Part shown: piece after piece, positions 32,201-39,744 of the stretch
Position numbering within the stretch: the first letter of the stretch is position 1
Layout: each line of letters opens with the position of its first letter
NCBI GenBank assembly: GCA_017161705.1
Contig: JADFCW010000002.1
Span: forward strand, 4,528-68,527
Reading direction: 5' to 3'
Source of the DNA: Candidatus Sumerlaeota bacterium
GTDB lineage: Bacteria; Sumerlaeota; Sumerlaeia; JADFCW01
Length of the DNA stretch: 64,000 bases
The notes under the pieces: model-generated
Told to the model about the DNA's origin: nothing
The model's database searches: none
The model's input: the letters and a program-made list of their open reading frames with translations, nothing else
Translations under genes and position numbers: made by a program

Positions 32201-33177
32201 ATTTTCATTGCGCCGAAGAGATTCAACGCTTGCAGACCAAAAACCTGGAGCGCGCGCGCGACGAGGAGACGTTGCGCAAGATTGCCGCGCTACAGCCGGT
32301 CGCTCCGCCCCCGCATGACCGCCAAGCGGTCGCGCGGATTTTCGAGCGCCTGACCTGGCAGTATGCCGCACGGCCGCTGACGCGCATTCGCGGAAAAATG
32401 TCGGTGTCCGAAATCAAACGGCGGTTCGAGACCGGGCGCGAAAGCGACGAGGCATTGAACGGGTGGGGCAGACAGGCAATAGCCCGCCGACCGGCGTTCA
32501 TGGCTGCGGGAACCGGCACGGCGCCCGTACTAACGGCCTCCGAGATTGGCACGGCCACACATACAGTGTTGCGCCATTTGGACCTATCGCAGCCGCCCGA
32601 CGAGGCAACGGTGCGCAGCCAGATAGCGCAGATTGCGGCGGAGGGAAAGCTCGCTGCCGCCGAGGCGGCGTGCGTGGATGCAGCAGCCATCGCCCGGTTT
32701 CTCCAGTCGCCGATAGGAACAGAAATTCGCGGAGCGCCCCATCGCGTGCAGCGCGAGATGCCGTTCAGCCTGGCGGTGCCGGCGGCCGAGATTGCGCGGC
32801 TGGAGAGGAGGCTGTCCAGCGAAATCAAGTCTAACGGGTCGGACGGGTCAGATGAGTCGGACAGGTCAGACAGCTCGGACCCCTCAGACAAATCCGATAG
32901 GATTTTTTGCAACGAGTGGGTCCACGTCCAGGGGATCGTGGACTGCTTGTTCGAGCGGCCGGAGGGGTTTGTGCTGTTGGACTTCAAGACCGACCGCGTC
33001 GAACGAGACACGGCCGAAACACGCGCCGCATTTTACCGTCCACAAATGGAGTTTTATGCCCGCGCGGTGGAAACGATTTTCCGCCGGCCTGTGGTCGAGC
33101 AAGTGCTTTACTTTCTTTCCTGCGGTGTGGCAGTGTCCATGCCTCCGAGGGACGGAGAGCGGTTTGGGAGATTTTAG
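29212..33177 (+). CDS. AddA-like UvrD-family helicase fused to a C-terminal PD-(D/E)xK nuclease
   Basis: Walker A AASAGTGKTAVL, UvrD helicase motifs, C-terminal nuclease motif GIVDCLFE...LLDFKTD. Acidic inserts and a DGSDESDRSDSSDPSDKSD low-complexity repeat. No addB-like gene is adjacent. Confidence 0.8.
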   Translation: MGKEPMSWTAAQRRAIETRGADLLVAASAGTGKTAVLVERCIRLVTDPIAPIDLDRLLVVTFTEAAAAEMRNRIGEALHRQIAQHPADARLRRQLMLLDRAMISTLHSFAFRIIQEHFFRLGLDPNLAVLDPDEALLLRHETLDDVFEALYTSESETGQRFVRLIERYGKDGDDAPVRSAVLNLWEFLRSLPRPEQWKRQVLDSYPKPDEAPPPFERLRRWYEPFVAALRENMLQIESDLRAAAQWVYDADPSTRGYTQFFRDVADEMAKLRATLQTNGYDAFHEAIGKWEYPKLRTNPAVADDFMQQVRARNDKIREAKKTLFKNWCVLSGAQWAETLRATRADVEMMFELVERFDAAFARVKRERGEVDFGDLERFCFDLLCDKAASEGDRYAPSEVARKELRDRFEAVLVDEYQDINPLQDAIIRLCARENDPQRPPNLFMVGDVKQSIYRFRLAEPKLFLQRLAAFRSEGGAGIGQRIDLSENHRSRPGLLAAINALCSRIMSPEVGGIVYDSAAELRGGFDFPKESSGDIPPPVTGLPVEVHFFDRAREETISESETTAESTEVDEEEPRDGSEAGALAGAAVPPDELEEIEIEAHWVARRIRAMLSGEFSVWDRGEGRYRPVARRDIAVLLQTAAYKAALFVRILQAHGIPAYTDIPPGKLQPAEIRDLFALLELLDNPCQDIPLAAVLRSPLVRLSEDDLARIRIHRRESSFFSAARAYCESGPEEPLRRRLGEFFDRLDRWRTLARRGPLARALWAIYDETGYLDYVTAMDGGAQRRANLIGLYDRARQFDEFRRRGLARFIQFVRQLQETENQLATPPAVSEADDVVRVMSIHKSKGLEFPVVFLPDIGKNFNFQNTREDVVTDRDLGVALRAVVPRRKIKYPTVAHAVASRQVKREILAENIRLLYVALTRAREKLVLCGSVKLDKALQAWRQCAVAGNDGRIALSPGVLASARSFSDWIGPALARLGCLGDPAHQPPPSDTLFAVHFHCAEEIQRLQTKNLERARDEETLRKIAALQPVAPPPHDRQAVARIFERLTWQYAARPLTRIRGKMSVSEIKRRFETGRESDEALNGWGRQAIARRPAFMAAGTGTAPVLTASEIGTATHTVLRHLDLSQPPDEATVRSQIAQIAAEGKLAAAEAACVDAAAIARFLQSPIGTEIRGAPHRVQREMPFSLAVPAAEIARLERRLSSEIKSNGSDGSDESDRSDSSDPSDKSDRIFCNEWVHVQGIVDCLFERPEGFVLLDFKTDRVERDTAETRAAFYRPQMEFYARAVETIFRRPVVEQVLYFLSCGVAVSMPPRDGERFGRF
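32848..32885 (+). repeat. Hexamer (TCGGAC/TCAGAC) tandem array inside the addA-like coding sequence, left arm of an inverted pair
   Basis: GTCAGATGAGTCGGACAGGTCAGACAGCTCGGAC encodes the Ser-Asp repeat. Confidence 0.6.
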
Positions 33178-33202
33178 GCTTTAGCCCTTGGATTCAAGTG
33201 AA

Positions 33203-33240
33203 CAAAGTCCGACCTGTCCGACTTGTCCGACTCGTCTGAC
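33203..33240 (-). repeat. Right arm of the inverted hexamer-array pair (GTCCGAC x3 to x4) in the addA-larA-like spacer
   Basis: The reverse complement GTCAGACGAGTCGGACAAGTCGGACAGGTCGGAC is about 85% identical to 32848-32885. Confidence 0.6.
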
Positions 33241-33292
33241 GCGCGTCCTTTCCCCAGAAATCCGCGCCCCAAAACCGCCGGAGGAACGATTG

Positions 33293-34600
33293 ATGAAATA
33301 CACGCTATGTTATGGCCGCGAAACCCTGACGTTGGATCTTCCCGATGATCTTTGCCGTCGGGTAATCCAGCCCAGTTTTCCGCCGGCCATTCCCGACCCG
33401 GATGCGGCCATAACGCGCTGCCTCGATGATCCGGTCGGCACACCGCCGTTGTCGAAGATTCTCGAAGGCCGACGCCGGATTGTCGTGGTCATCCCCGATG
33501 CAACCCGCGCCGGAGCCATACCTCTTTATGTCGGTCCGCTGCTTCGCTATTTACGCGCCCACGGGGTATCGCGCGAGCGCGCAACCCTGCTCTCGGCCAC
33601 AGGCGCCCACGGCCTGCACAGCGAGGCCCAGCGCGCCGCGCTGGTCGGCCCGGAAATTGCCGCCCAGTGGACCGTCGAAGACCACGACTGCGATCGGGGG
33701 AACGTCGAGATCGAGCCGCTCGACGCGGAAACACCCGTGGCCGTGGACCGCCATGCGCTGGAGGCCGACTGTCTGATTCTGGCCGGACAAATCAGTTTTC
33801 ATTACTGTGCAGGATTCGGCGGCGGGCGCAAGCTGATTGCCCCCGGGTTGTGCGGGCGCGCAACGGTTCACGCTCTCCATCGCCGGACGCTTGCCAACAT
33901 TGACGCTGACGGCAACTGGCACAGCCGCACGGGCGTCCTCCACCACAATCCGTTTCACGAGGCAATGCTGGCCGTTGCGCGGCGCGTCGGGCCGCGTTTC
34001 ACGCTCCATGCAACATTCGGTTTGGGCAACCAGCTGCTAGGGGTCGCGGCGGGCGATCTGGTCAAGGCACATGTAGCCGCCTGCCTGCAATATGCGCAGA
34101 TTTTCACCTGTCCTGTTCCCGAACGCCTGCCGTTGGTGGTGGCCTCGTGCGGCGGATGGCCGCTGGACGGCAATCTGTATCAGGCGCACAAGGCATTCGA
34201 CAACGCCTTTCGCGCCGTGCAGCGCGGGGGAACGATTCTCCTGCTGGCCGAATGCAGCGGCGGCTGGGGGCCCGAGGCGTTTGTCCGCTGGCTGGCCATT
34301 CCCACCCTGGCCGAGCATCGCCAGCGCCTGCGCGCGGAATTCCAAGTCGAAGGCCACACCACGTATGCGTTCAAATGGAAAGCCACGCAATGCCGCGTGA
34401 TTATCGTGAGCCACGTGCTGGACGAACGCATAACCGCAGGCGATGCACCCGCGTGGCTTCGCGGCGGCCCCTCGCCATTTCAGATCGAAATCGTCGGCAC
34501 AATCGGCGAAGCGCTGGAGCGGCTGGGCGCCGGCGGCCGCCGCCTGCCGTATTATCTGATGCCCAACGGCGCGGCCTGCCTGCCCGAAGTTACCGGATAG
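33293..34600 (+). CDS. LarA-like (DUF2088 / lactate racemase family) protein
   Basis: GGAGG RBS. Start trimmed to MKYTLCYGRETLTL. The N-terminal domain has a Rossmann-like IVVVIPD motif and conserved His residues typical of LarA-family 2-hydroxyacid racemases. Confidence 0.65.
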   Translation: MKYTLCYGRETLTLDLPDDLCRRVIQPSFPPAIPDPDAAITRCLDDPVGTPPLSKILEGRRRIVVVIPDATRAGAIPLYVGPLLRYLRAHGVSRERATLLSATGAHGLHSEAQRAALVGPEIAAQWTVEDHDCDRGNVEIEPLDAETPVAVDRHALEADCLILAGQISFHYCAGFGGGRKLIAPGLCGRATVHALHRRTLANIDADGNWHSRTGVLHHNPFHEAMLAVARRVGPRFTLHATFGLGNQLLGVAAGDLVKAHVAACLQYAQIFTCPVPERLPLVVASCGGWPLDGNLYQAHKAFDNAFRAVQRGGTILLLAECSGGWGPEAFVRWLAIPTLAEHRQRLRAEFQVEGHTTYAFKWKATQCRVIIVSHVLDERITAGDAPAWLRGGPSPFQIEIVGTIGEALERLGAGGRRLPYYLMPNGAACLPEVTG

Positions 34601-35906
34601 TTTCTCCTGGACGCTCATCCACGACACGTCGGGCCTTGCCCGTGAACCGCTCGAGCGATTTGGGTTCGACCAGCCGCACGTCCACATCCACGCCGAGGCC
34701 CGAACGAAGCGCTTCGCGGATTTCTTCCTCCACCGCCCGCATGTGCCCTATCTTGTCGTTGAACAGCGCTTCGGTGACCTCCACGCGCACTTCGAGGTGT
34801 TCCAGCGCTCCCCTGCGGGTGCGGACAATCTGATAGTGCGGCTGCGCATGCTCGATGTCGAGAAGGATACTTTCGATCTGCGAAGGGAAAACGTTCACTC
34901 CGCGGATGACCATCATGTCGTCGGTGCGCCCGACGACTTTGGACATCCGCGCCAGCGTTCGCCCGCAGGCGCAGGGCTCGCGCGTCACCGACGCCAGATC
35001 GCCTGTGCGGTAGCGGATCAGGGGAACCGCCTCGCGTGTCAAGGTTGTGAAAACCAGTTCGCCGACCTCGCCGTCGGCGACCGGTTCGAGCGTCTTTGGG
35101 TCGAGCACTTCCACGATATAGTGGTCTTCGGCAATGTGCATGCCGTTCTTGTACAAGCACTCATAGGAGACGCCCGGCCCGCACAGTTCGCTCAGACCGT
35201 AGTTGTCGGTGGCCACGATGCCCAGGAGCGACTCGATCTGGCGGCGGATACCTTCGCTCCAGGGCTCGCCGCCGAAAAGCCCCCATTTGAGGGCGAGCTG
35301 CCCGCGCCCGACGCCCATCTCCTGGGCCGTTTCGGCAATGTGCAGCGCGTAGGTCGGCGTGCCAATCAGAGCGGTAGTGCCGAAGTCGCGCAGGAACTGA
35401 ACCTGTCGCGGCGTATTGCCGCTGGAAATCGGCAGGACGAGGGCGCCGACCCGCTCCAGTCCGGCGTGCAGACCGAACCCGCCGGTGAACAAACCGTAGC
35501 CAAAAGAAATCTGCGCAATATCCGAGGCCGTGACTCCCGCCGCCGTAGCCAGGCGAGCGCACAGTTCCGCCCACGTGTCGAGATCGCGCCGCGTGTAGCC
35601 GACGATGGTGGACTTGCCGCGCGAGGTGCCCGACGAGCCGTGCACGCGCACCACTTCGCGCAACGGCACGGCAAACATCCCGAAGGGATAGTTGTCCATG
35701 AAATCCTGTTTGACGGTGAACGGAAGCCGGCGCAGGTCGTCCAGACCGCGAATGTCCGCGGGCCGGAGACCGGCGGCGTTCAGTCTGGCCTGGACGTAGG
35801 GCAGGTGTTCGGCCGCGCGCCGGACTTGCTCGCGGAGCAATTCGCCCTGGCGACACTCAAGCGTCGGCCGATCCACTTGTTCCCATGCAGGGTCCCAGAT
35901 AGTCAA
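34590..35906 (-). CDS. paaK: Phenylacetate-CoA ligase
   Basis: Collinear with E. coli PaaK across its full length (DNYPFGMFAVP, GSSGTSGKSTIVGYT, YGLFTGGFG). TTG start with a GGGAGAG RBS. Confidence 0.8.
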   Translation of the reverse strand: MTIWDPAWEQVDRPTLECRQGELLREQVRRAAEHLPYVQARLNAAGLRPADIRGLDDLRRLPFTVKQDFMDNYPFGMFAVPLREVVRVHGSSGTSRGKSTIVGYTRRDLDTWAELCARLATAAGVTASDIAQISFGYGLFTGGFGLHAGLERVGALVLPISSGNTPRQVQFLRDFGTTALIGTPTYALHIAETAQEMGVGRGQLALKWGLFGGEPWSEGIRRQIESLLGIVATDNYGLSELCGPGVSYECLYKNGMHIAEDHYIVEVLDPKTLEPVADGEVGELVFTTLTREAVPLIRYRTGDLASVTREPCACGRTLARMSKVVGRTDDMMVIRGVNVFPSQIESILLDIEHAQPHYQIVRTRRGALEHLEVRVEVTEALFNDKIGHMRAVEEEIREALRSGLGVDVDVRLVEPKSLERFTGKARRVVDERPGETIR

Positions 35907-36026
35907 TTCTAACTCTCCCTGAGGCGATCTTTCCCTGAACGGACGGGCGGGGAATCAGCGGGGGGATCGGACCCTGCGTCAAGGCGAATCCCCCCGATGG
36001 AGGTTACAGCCTTCAGCCCTCCCGCT

Positions 36027-37784
36027 TTAATTATCCAGGTTGCCCAGAACCCACTGGTCGAACCCGAACCAGTTCTTCGGCAGGTTCATGGCCGCCTGGC
36101 CGGCGACAACGTCTTTGGCCAGCTGCTCGTCGGCAGTCAATTTCAACTTGGCCTCGACCTTTTCGATTTTCGAGTCGGTCGAAACGTCAAAGGTCGGCGT
36201 GACGACCACCACCAGTTCGACCTCCCTCTGGCTGTTGGTTTCGCCGCCGAAGACCCAGCCGATCACCGGGAGCTTCGAAAAGAAGGGAACGCCGTTCCGC
36301 GACTTCACAGTTTCGTGGCGGGTAATGCCTGCCAACACAAACGGCTGGTCGGGGAAAACACGCACATAGGAGTCCGTGAAGCGATGCGAGATGATCGGCT
36401 GTCCCTGCGGTGTGTAGCCGTCGAAATCGGTCACATGGAGCGACAGAGCCACTTCGGCCGATTCGAGGCCCACGTAGGGCACCGCGCCGATGAACACTCC
36501 GACCGTGCCCGACTTGACGTAATTGACCACGCGGTCGTGGAACTGCGGAATGACCGCATCGCGCCGGTTGGCCGCCGCTGTTCCGATCGCTGGTTCGAGA
36601 GCCACCGACCCGGCCGCCGGTGCGTTGGGCAGCCACGTGTTCATCGGCTGGTCCACAAAGCCGGTGTTGAGATAGCGCGAGTTGTCGGGGTTGTGCTCGA
36701 TGTTGAAAGCCAGTTGCTGGTCCACGGCGGCCAATTCGCCAAGTGTGCCGCTCTTGGCCGTCAGCGTGCCGCGGTTGACCAGTCGGGCCTTCCCCTTGCT
36801 GGCGAGAAAGTCCACATAGGCTGACGTGGCTACGCCGTGAAGATTGGCCCAGCGGAAATGGCCGACATAGTCGGAGCCGGCGGCGCCGGCAAATTCAAAC
36901 AAGTCCGCGCCGGCGCTGTTCTTCCAGGTGACAAAGTCCAGTCCCAGCTTCAGATCGTTCTTCACGTTGACCTCGTAGATCGCGATGTCGAGTTTGATCT
37001 GGCTGGGTGGAATGTCGCACATTTGGCAGCCGTAAGGGAACAAGCCGTTGACAACGGCCGGTTCGCCCGTGAACTGGATGGCGTTGCCGAGGTCGTCCCA
37101 GCAGAAGGTCTCCATGGGGCTTCGGAAGAACTGGAGGAGATTGAGAAGCGGGCCGGCGTCGCGGAACTTCGGGCGGTAGTAGGCGTGCACGCGCCCGTCG
37201 TTGTTTTCGGTGACCCACTTTTCATCGAGAGCTTTGAGGGCGTTGACAACGTATTCCAATTGGAACTTGGGGCAAACGACCTGGAGAAAGTTCTCCTTCG
37301 TTTCGAAGTCCTGGAGGACGTCGGCAAAACCGCCTTCCTTGCCGCAGACGTTGCGGAAGACACCGCGCATTTCGCGCGGGTTGACATTTTTCAGCGGCAC
37401 GAGCGCGGTCACATAGTCGTTGAGCAGGCGCTTCTGATTGACCCGCAGCACTCGCACCGCGCCGGTGTCGGGACTGAGGTTGATCTGCTCGTCCTGATTG
37501 ATATAGTCGTCAATGCGGCTGTTGGTTTGGTCGGTGTTGAAGGCGCGGGTGAACTGCGGCTGGCTGGCGTTGTTGGTGATGTCCACGGGGCTGGCATCGC
37601 CCAGGCCCGGCCGCTGGTCAATGCCGGTGTCGCGGTCAATCTCACGAACGTAAACGCCCAGCCGCGGATCGAACCGGAAGGCCTTGTCCTGCTGGCGGGG
37701 CGGCCGTATGGCCACTCCGCCAGGAGCCGTGCCGGCGAGGGTCGGAAGCATCAGGATGATCAGGATTGCTTCGAGTCGTTTCAT
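36027..37784 (-). CDS. Secretin-family outer-membrane channel protein (GspD/PilQ-like), paralog 1
   Basis: AAAGGAG RBS, signal peptide, C-terminal secretin motif NGVPFFSKLPVIGWVFGG...EVELVVVVTPTF. Ends FGFDQW like its neighbour. Confidence 0.75.
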   Translation of the reverse strand: MKRLEAILIILMLPTLAGTAPGGVAIRPPRQQDKAFRFDPRLGVYVREIDRDTGIDQRPGLGDASPVDITNNASQPQFTRAFNTDQTNSRIDDYINQDEQINLSPDTGAVRVLRVNQKRLLNDYVTALVPLKNVNPREMRGVFRNVCGKEGGFADVLQDFETKENFLQVVCPKFQLEYVVNALKALDEKWVTENNDGRVHAYYRPKFRDAGPLLNLLQFFRSPMETFCWDDLGNAIQFTGEPAVVNGLFPYGCQMCDIPPSQIKLDIAIYEVNVKNDLKLGLDFVTWKNSAGADLFEFAGAAGSDYVGHFRWANLHGVATSAYVDFLASKGKARLVNRGTLTAKSGTLGELAAVDQQLAFNIEHNPDNSRYLNTGFVDQPMNTWLPNAPAAGSVALEPAIGTAAANRRDAVIPQFHDRVVNYVKSGTVGVFIGAVPYVGLESAEVALSLHVTDFDGYTPQGQPIISHRFTDSYVRVFPDQPFVLAGITRHETVKSRNGVPFFSKLPVIGWVFGGETNSQREVELVVVVTPTFDVSTDSKIEKVEAKLKLTADEQLAKDVVAGQAAMNLPKNWFGFDQWVLGNLDN

Positions 37785-37853
37785 GGTGGTTTCTCCTTTG
37801 CATGGGTGGAACCGTCTGGAAACTGCCTCACACAAGGCGCGAGGGCTGGTCTC

Positions 37854-39341
37854 TTACTGGCCGCGGTCAAAACCCCATTGGTCGAATCCAAAGGGCGTCG
37901 GCGGCATGGGAATCGGTTGCTCGCCCTTGGCTTTGGCCATGACGTCGGCATCGGCAGGCCGGACCGGACTGTCATATTTGTCTATGGTGGGCTTGATGAC
38001 ACAGACGACCATCGTTTTTTCGGCGCCGATGGTTTCACTGCCGAACGTCCAGCCCAGTACAGGGATCGAGCCCAGAATGGGAATTTTGGCCGCGTGCTTG
38101 GCCTTGCGGTCGCGGATCAATCCGCCGATGACCAGCTCCTGGCCGCTGGGCACCTGGGCGCGATTGGAGAACTGGCGCGAGGCTAAAACGGGTTCGCCGC
38201 GGCTGTCGTAGCCGACGAGAGTAACGACGCGCGCGAGAATGTCGAGGTCCACCAGCTCCAGGCTGATCACCGGCATTACATCGAGGAAGATGCCCGTGCG
38301 AACGGGATCAATGGCCAGTTGGGGCGGGGCTTGCGCCGAGACGCCCAATGTTTGAGCCGCGGCGGCCACAGCGCCGGCGGCCAGAGGCGTCAACTGCTCG
38401 GCCGTGGTGCGCGGCTGCGTTTCCCCGGTCACTTTGCGGTCGAGAACGTTGTTCTGCGTGACCCGATAAAAGAGCACGCTTTCTCCGGTGGCCACTTGCG
38501 CCGCGCGGTTGTTCATGGCCACGACTTTGGTTGCCGTGAGGACTTTCGCCTTGCCGCGTTCGACTAGGAAATCGAAGTAGGCCGAAGGATAATCCATAAA
38601 GTATCCGGAGCCGCTGTCGGTGCCGCTGTCGCGGTCTACATTGTGGATGCGCAAATACTGATAGCGGCTGCCGCCGGCAAACAGAGCGCGCCCAGGGCCG
38701 TTCTTCCATGCATGGAAGTCGAAGCCGAACCGCCCGTCGTTGGTCAGTTTGACATCATAGACGGTGACCTCGATGAGAACCTGCGGCGAAGGAACATCGG
38801 CGGCGGATAGGGCGGCGTTGGCTGCGTCGCAGCCGCTGGGCACGCCGAACAGCAGAACCGAATTCGTCTCGATGTCAGGATACAGAATGTCCTGGCTGCC
38901 CGCGTAGTAAGCGCCTAATCCCGCCAGACATTGCGCCGTGCGGTTTTTGGCCCGGTAAAGAATATATTTCGAGCCGGGGGCGCTGGTGATTTTTGGCCGG
39001 TCGAGCTCCCGAATCAGTTGCTCGTAGTAAGGCATCTGATATTCGGGCGCCGTGACCAGGATTTTTCCCTTGTTGCCGTCGGGATGAACAAATGTGTAGA
39101 TCATCCCCTCTTCCGCTTCGGCCAGAAGTTCGGGAAAGTTGATGATCTCATAGGGGTTGCAGTTGTGGACTTCGAACACTCTGCAGACATACTGATTGAC
39201 TTGGGCTTTGCTCGATGTCCGCAGCACCTTGACAACATTCTGCTTCATCGCATCCGGGGCGGGCGGGGTCAGTTCCGCCGCCGGCAACGAGAAAGCCGCA
39301 ACTGCCAGCGTGACAAGCAAGGCGACATGCTTGATGACCAT
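37854..39341 (-). CDS. Secretin-family outer-membrane channel protein, paralog 2
   Basis: GGAGGG RBS, signal peptide, canonical secretin C-terminus ELVIGGLIRDRKAKHAAKIPILGSIPVLGWTFGSE...TMVVCVIKPTI. Lies 70 bp upstream of paralog 1 on the same strand. Confidence 0.75.
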   Translation of the reverse strand: MVIKHVALLVTLAVAAFSLPAAELTPPAPDAMKQNVVKVLRTSSKAQVNQYVCRVFEVHNCNPYEIINFPELLAEAEEGMIYTFVHPDGNKGKILVTAPEYQMPYYEQLIRELDRPKITSAPGSKYILYRAKNRTAQCLAGLGAYYAGSQDILYPDIETNSVLLFGVPSGCDAANAALSAADVPSPQVLIEVTVYDVKLTNDGRFGFDFHAWKNGPGRALFAGGSRYQYLRIHNVDRDSGTDSGSGYFMDYPSAYFDFLVERGKAKVLTATKVVAMNNRAAQVATGESVLFYRVTQNNVLDRKVTGETQPRTTAEQLTPLAAGAVAAAAQTLGVSAQAPPQLAIDPVRTGIFLDVMPVISLELVDLDILARVVTLVGYDSRGEPVLASRQFSNRAQVPSGQELVIGGLIRDRKAKHAAKIPILGSIPVLGWTFGSETIGAEKTMVVCVIKPTIDKYDSPVRPADADVMAKAKGEQPIPMPPTPFGFDQWGFDRGQ

Positions 39342-39744
39342 GGTACTATTCCCTCCTGCCGTAAAGTGGCGTTTCATAACTGGACAAGTTCCGGCACGTT
39401 GAGTTTGCACGCCGGTTCAACCTTTCGGTTACCCATGCTGCGGAATCCTCCCTGATTCCGCTCCCTCCGCCTTTCCATTGCTCGATTGGATTGGCGCCGG
39501 GGCCTCAGGGGCCGGCTGTATTGACGGCGTCGGGCGGCGCGCTACCGTCGTTTTCTCAGTTTTCGTGTTTCAGCGCGCGCGGAAGCGGCCGCCGGCTCTG
39601 GAAAGAACGGGGAATGATGATCTGCACCTCGCAGACCGCCACGATCCCCTTGTCAGGTGAAACCCGAACGTGAACTTGGGAAAGTATCCCCGGACTTGAC
39701 GGAGTTCATCCCCGCTCACCTTCCCCCGAGACGATACCGTGGGC

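Noticed and set aside
33188-33292. 35-codon N-terminal extension of the LarA-like ORF (MDSSEQSPTCPTCPTRLTR...)
   Set aside because: It is encoded by the GTCCGAC hexamer array (hence the PTCPTCPT repeat) and has no RBS. The ATG at 33293 has a GGAGG RBS and a conserved N-terminus.
35960-35995. Hairpin GGGGGGAT...ATCCCCCC after the secretin 1 stop as an intrinsic terminator
   Set aside because: 8 bp stem but a 20 nt loop and no U-tract on the sense (minus) strand. It lies only about 30 bp before the paaK RBS on the same strand. It is more likely incidental or an attenuator-like structure, so it was not called.
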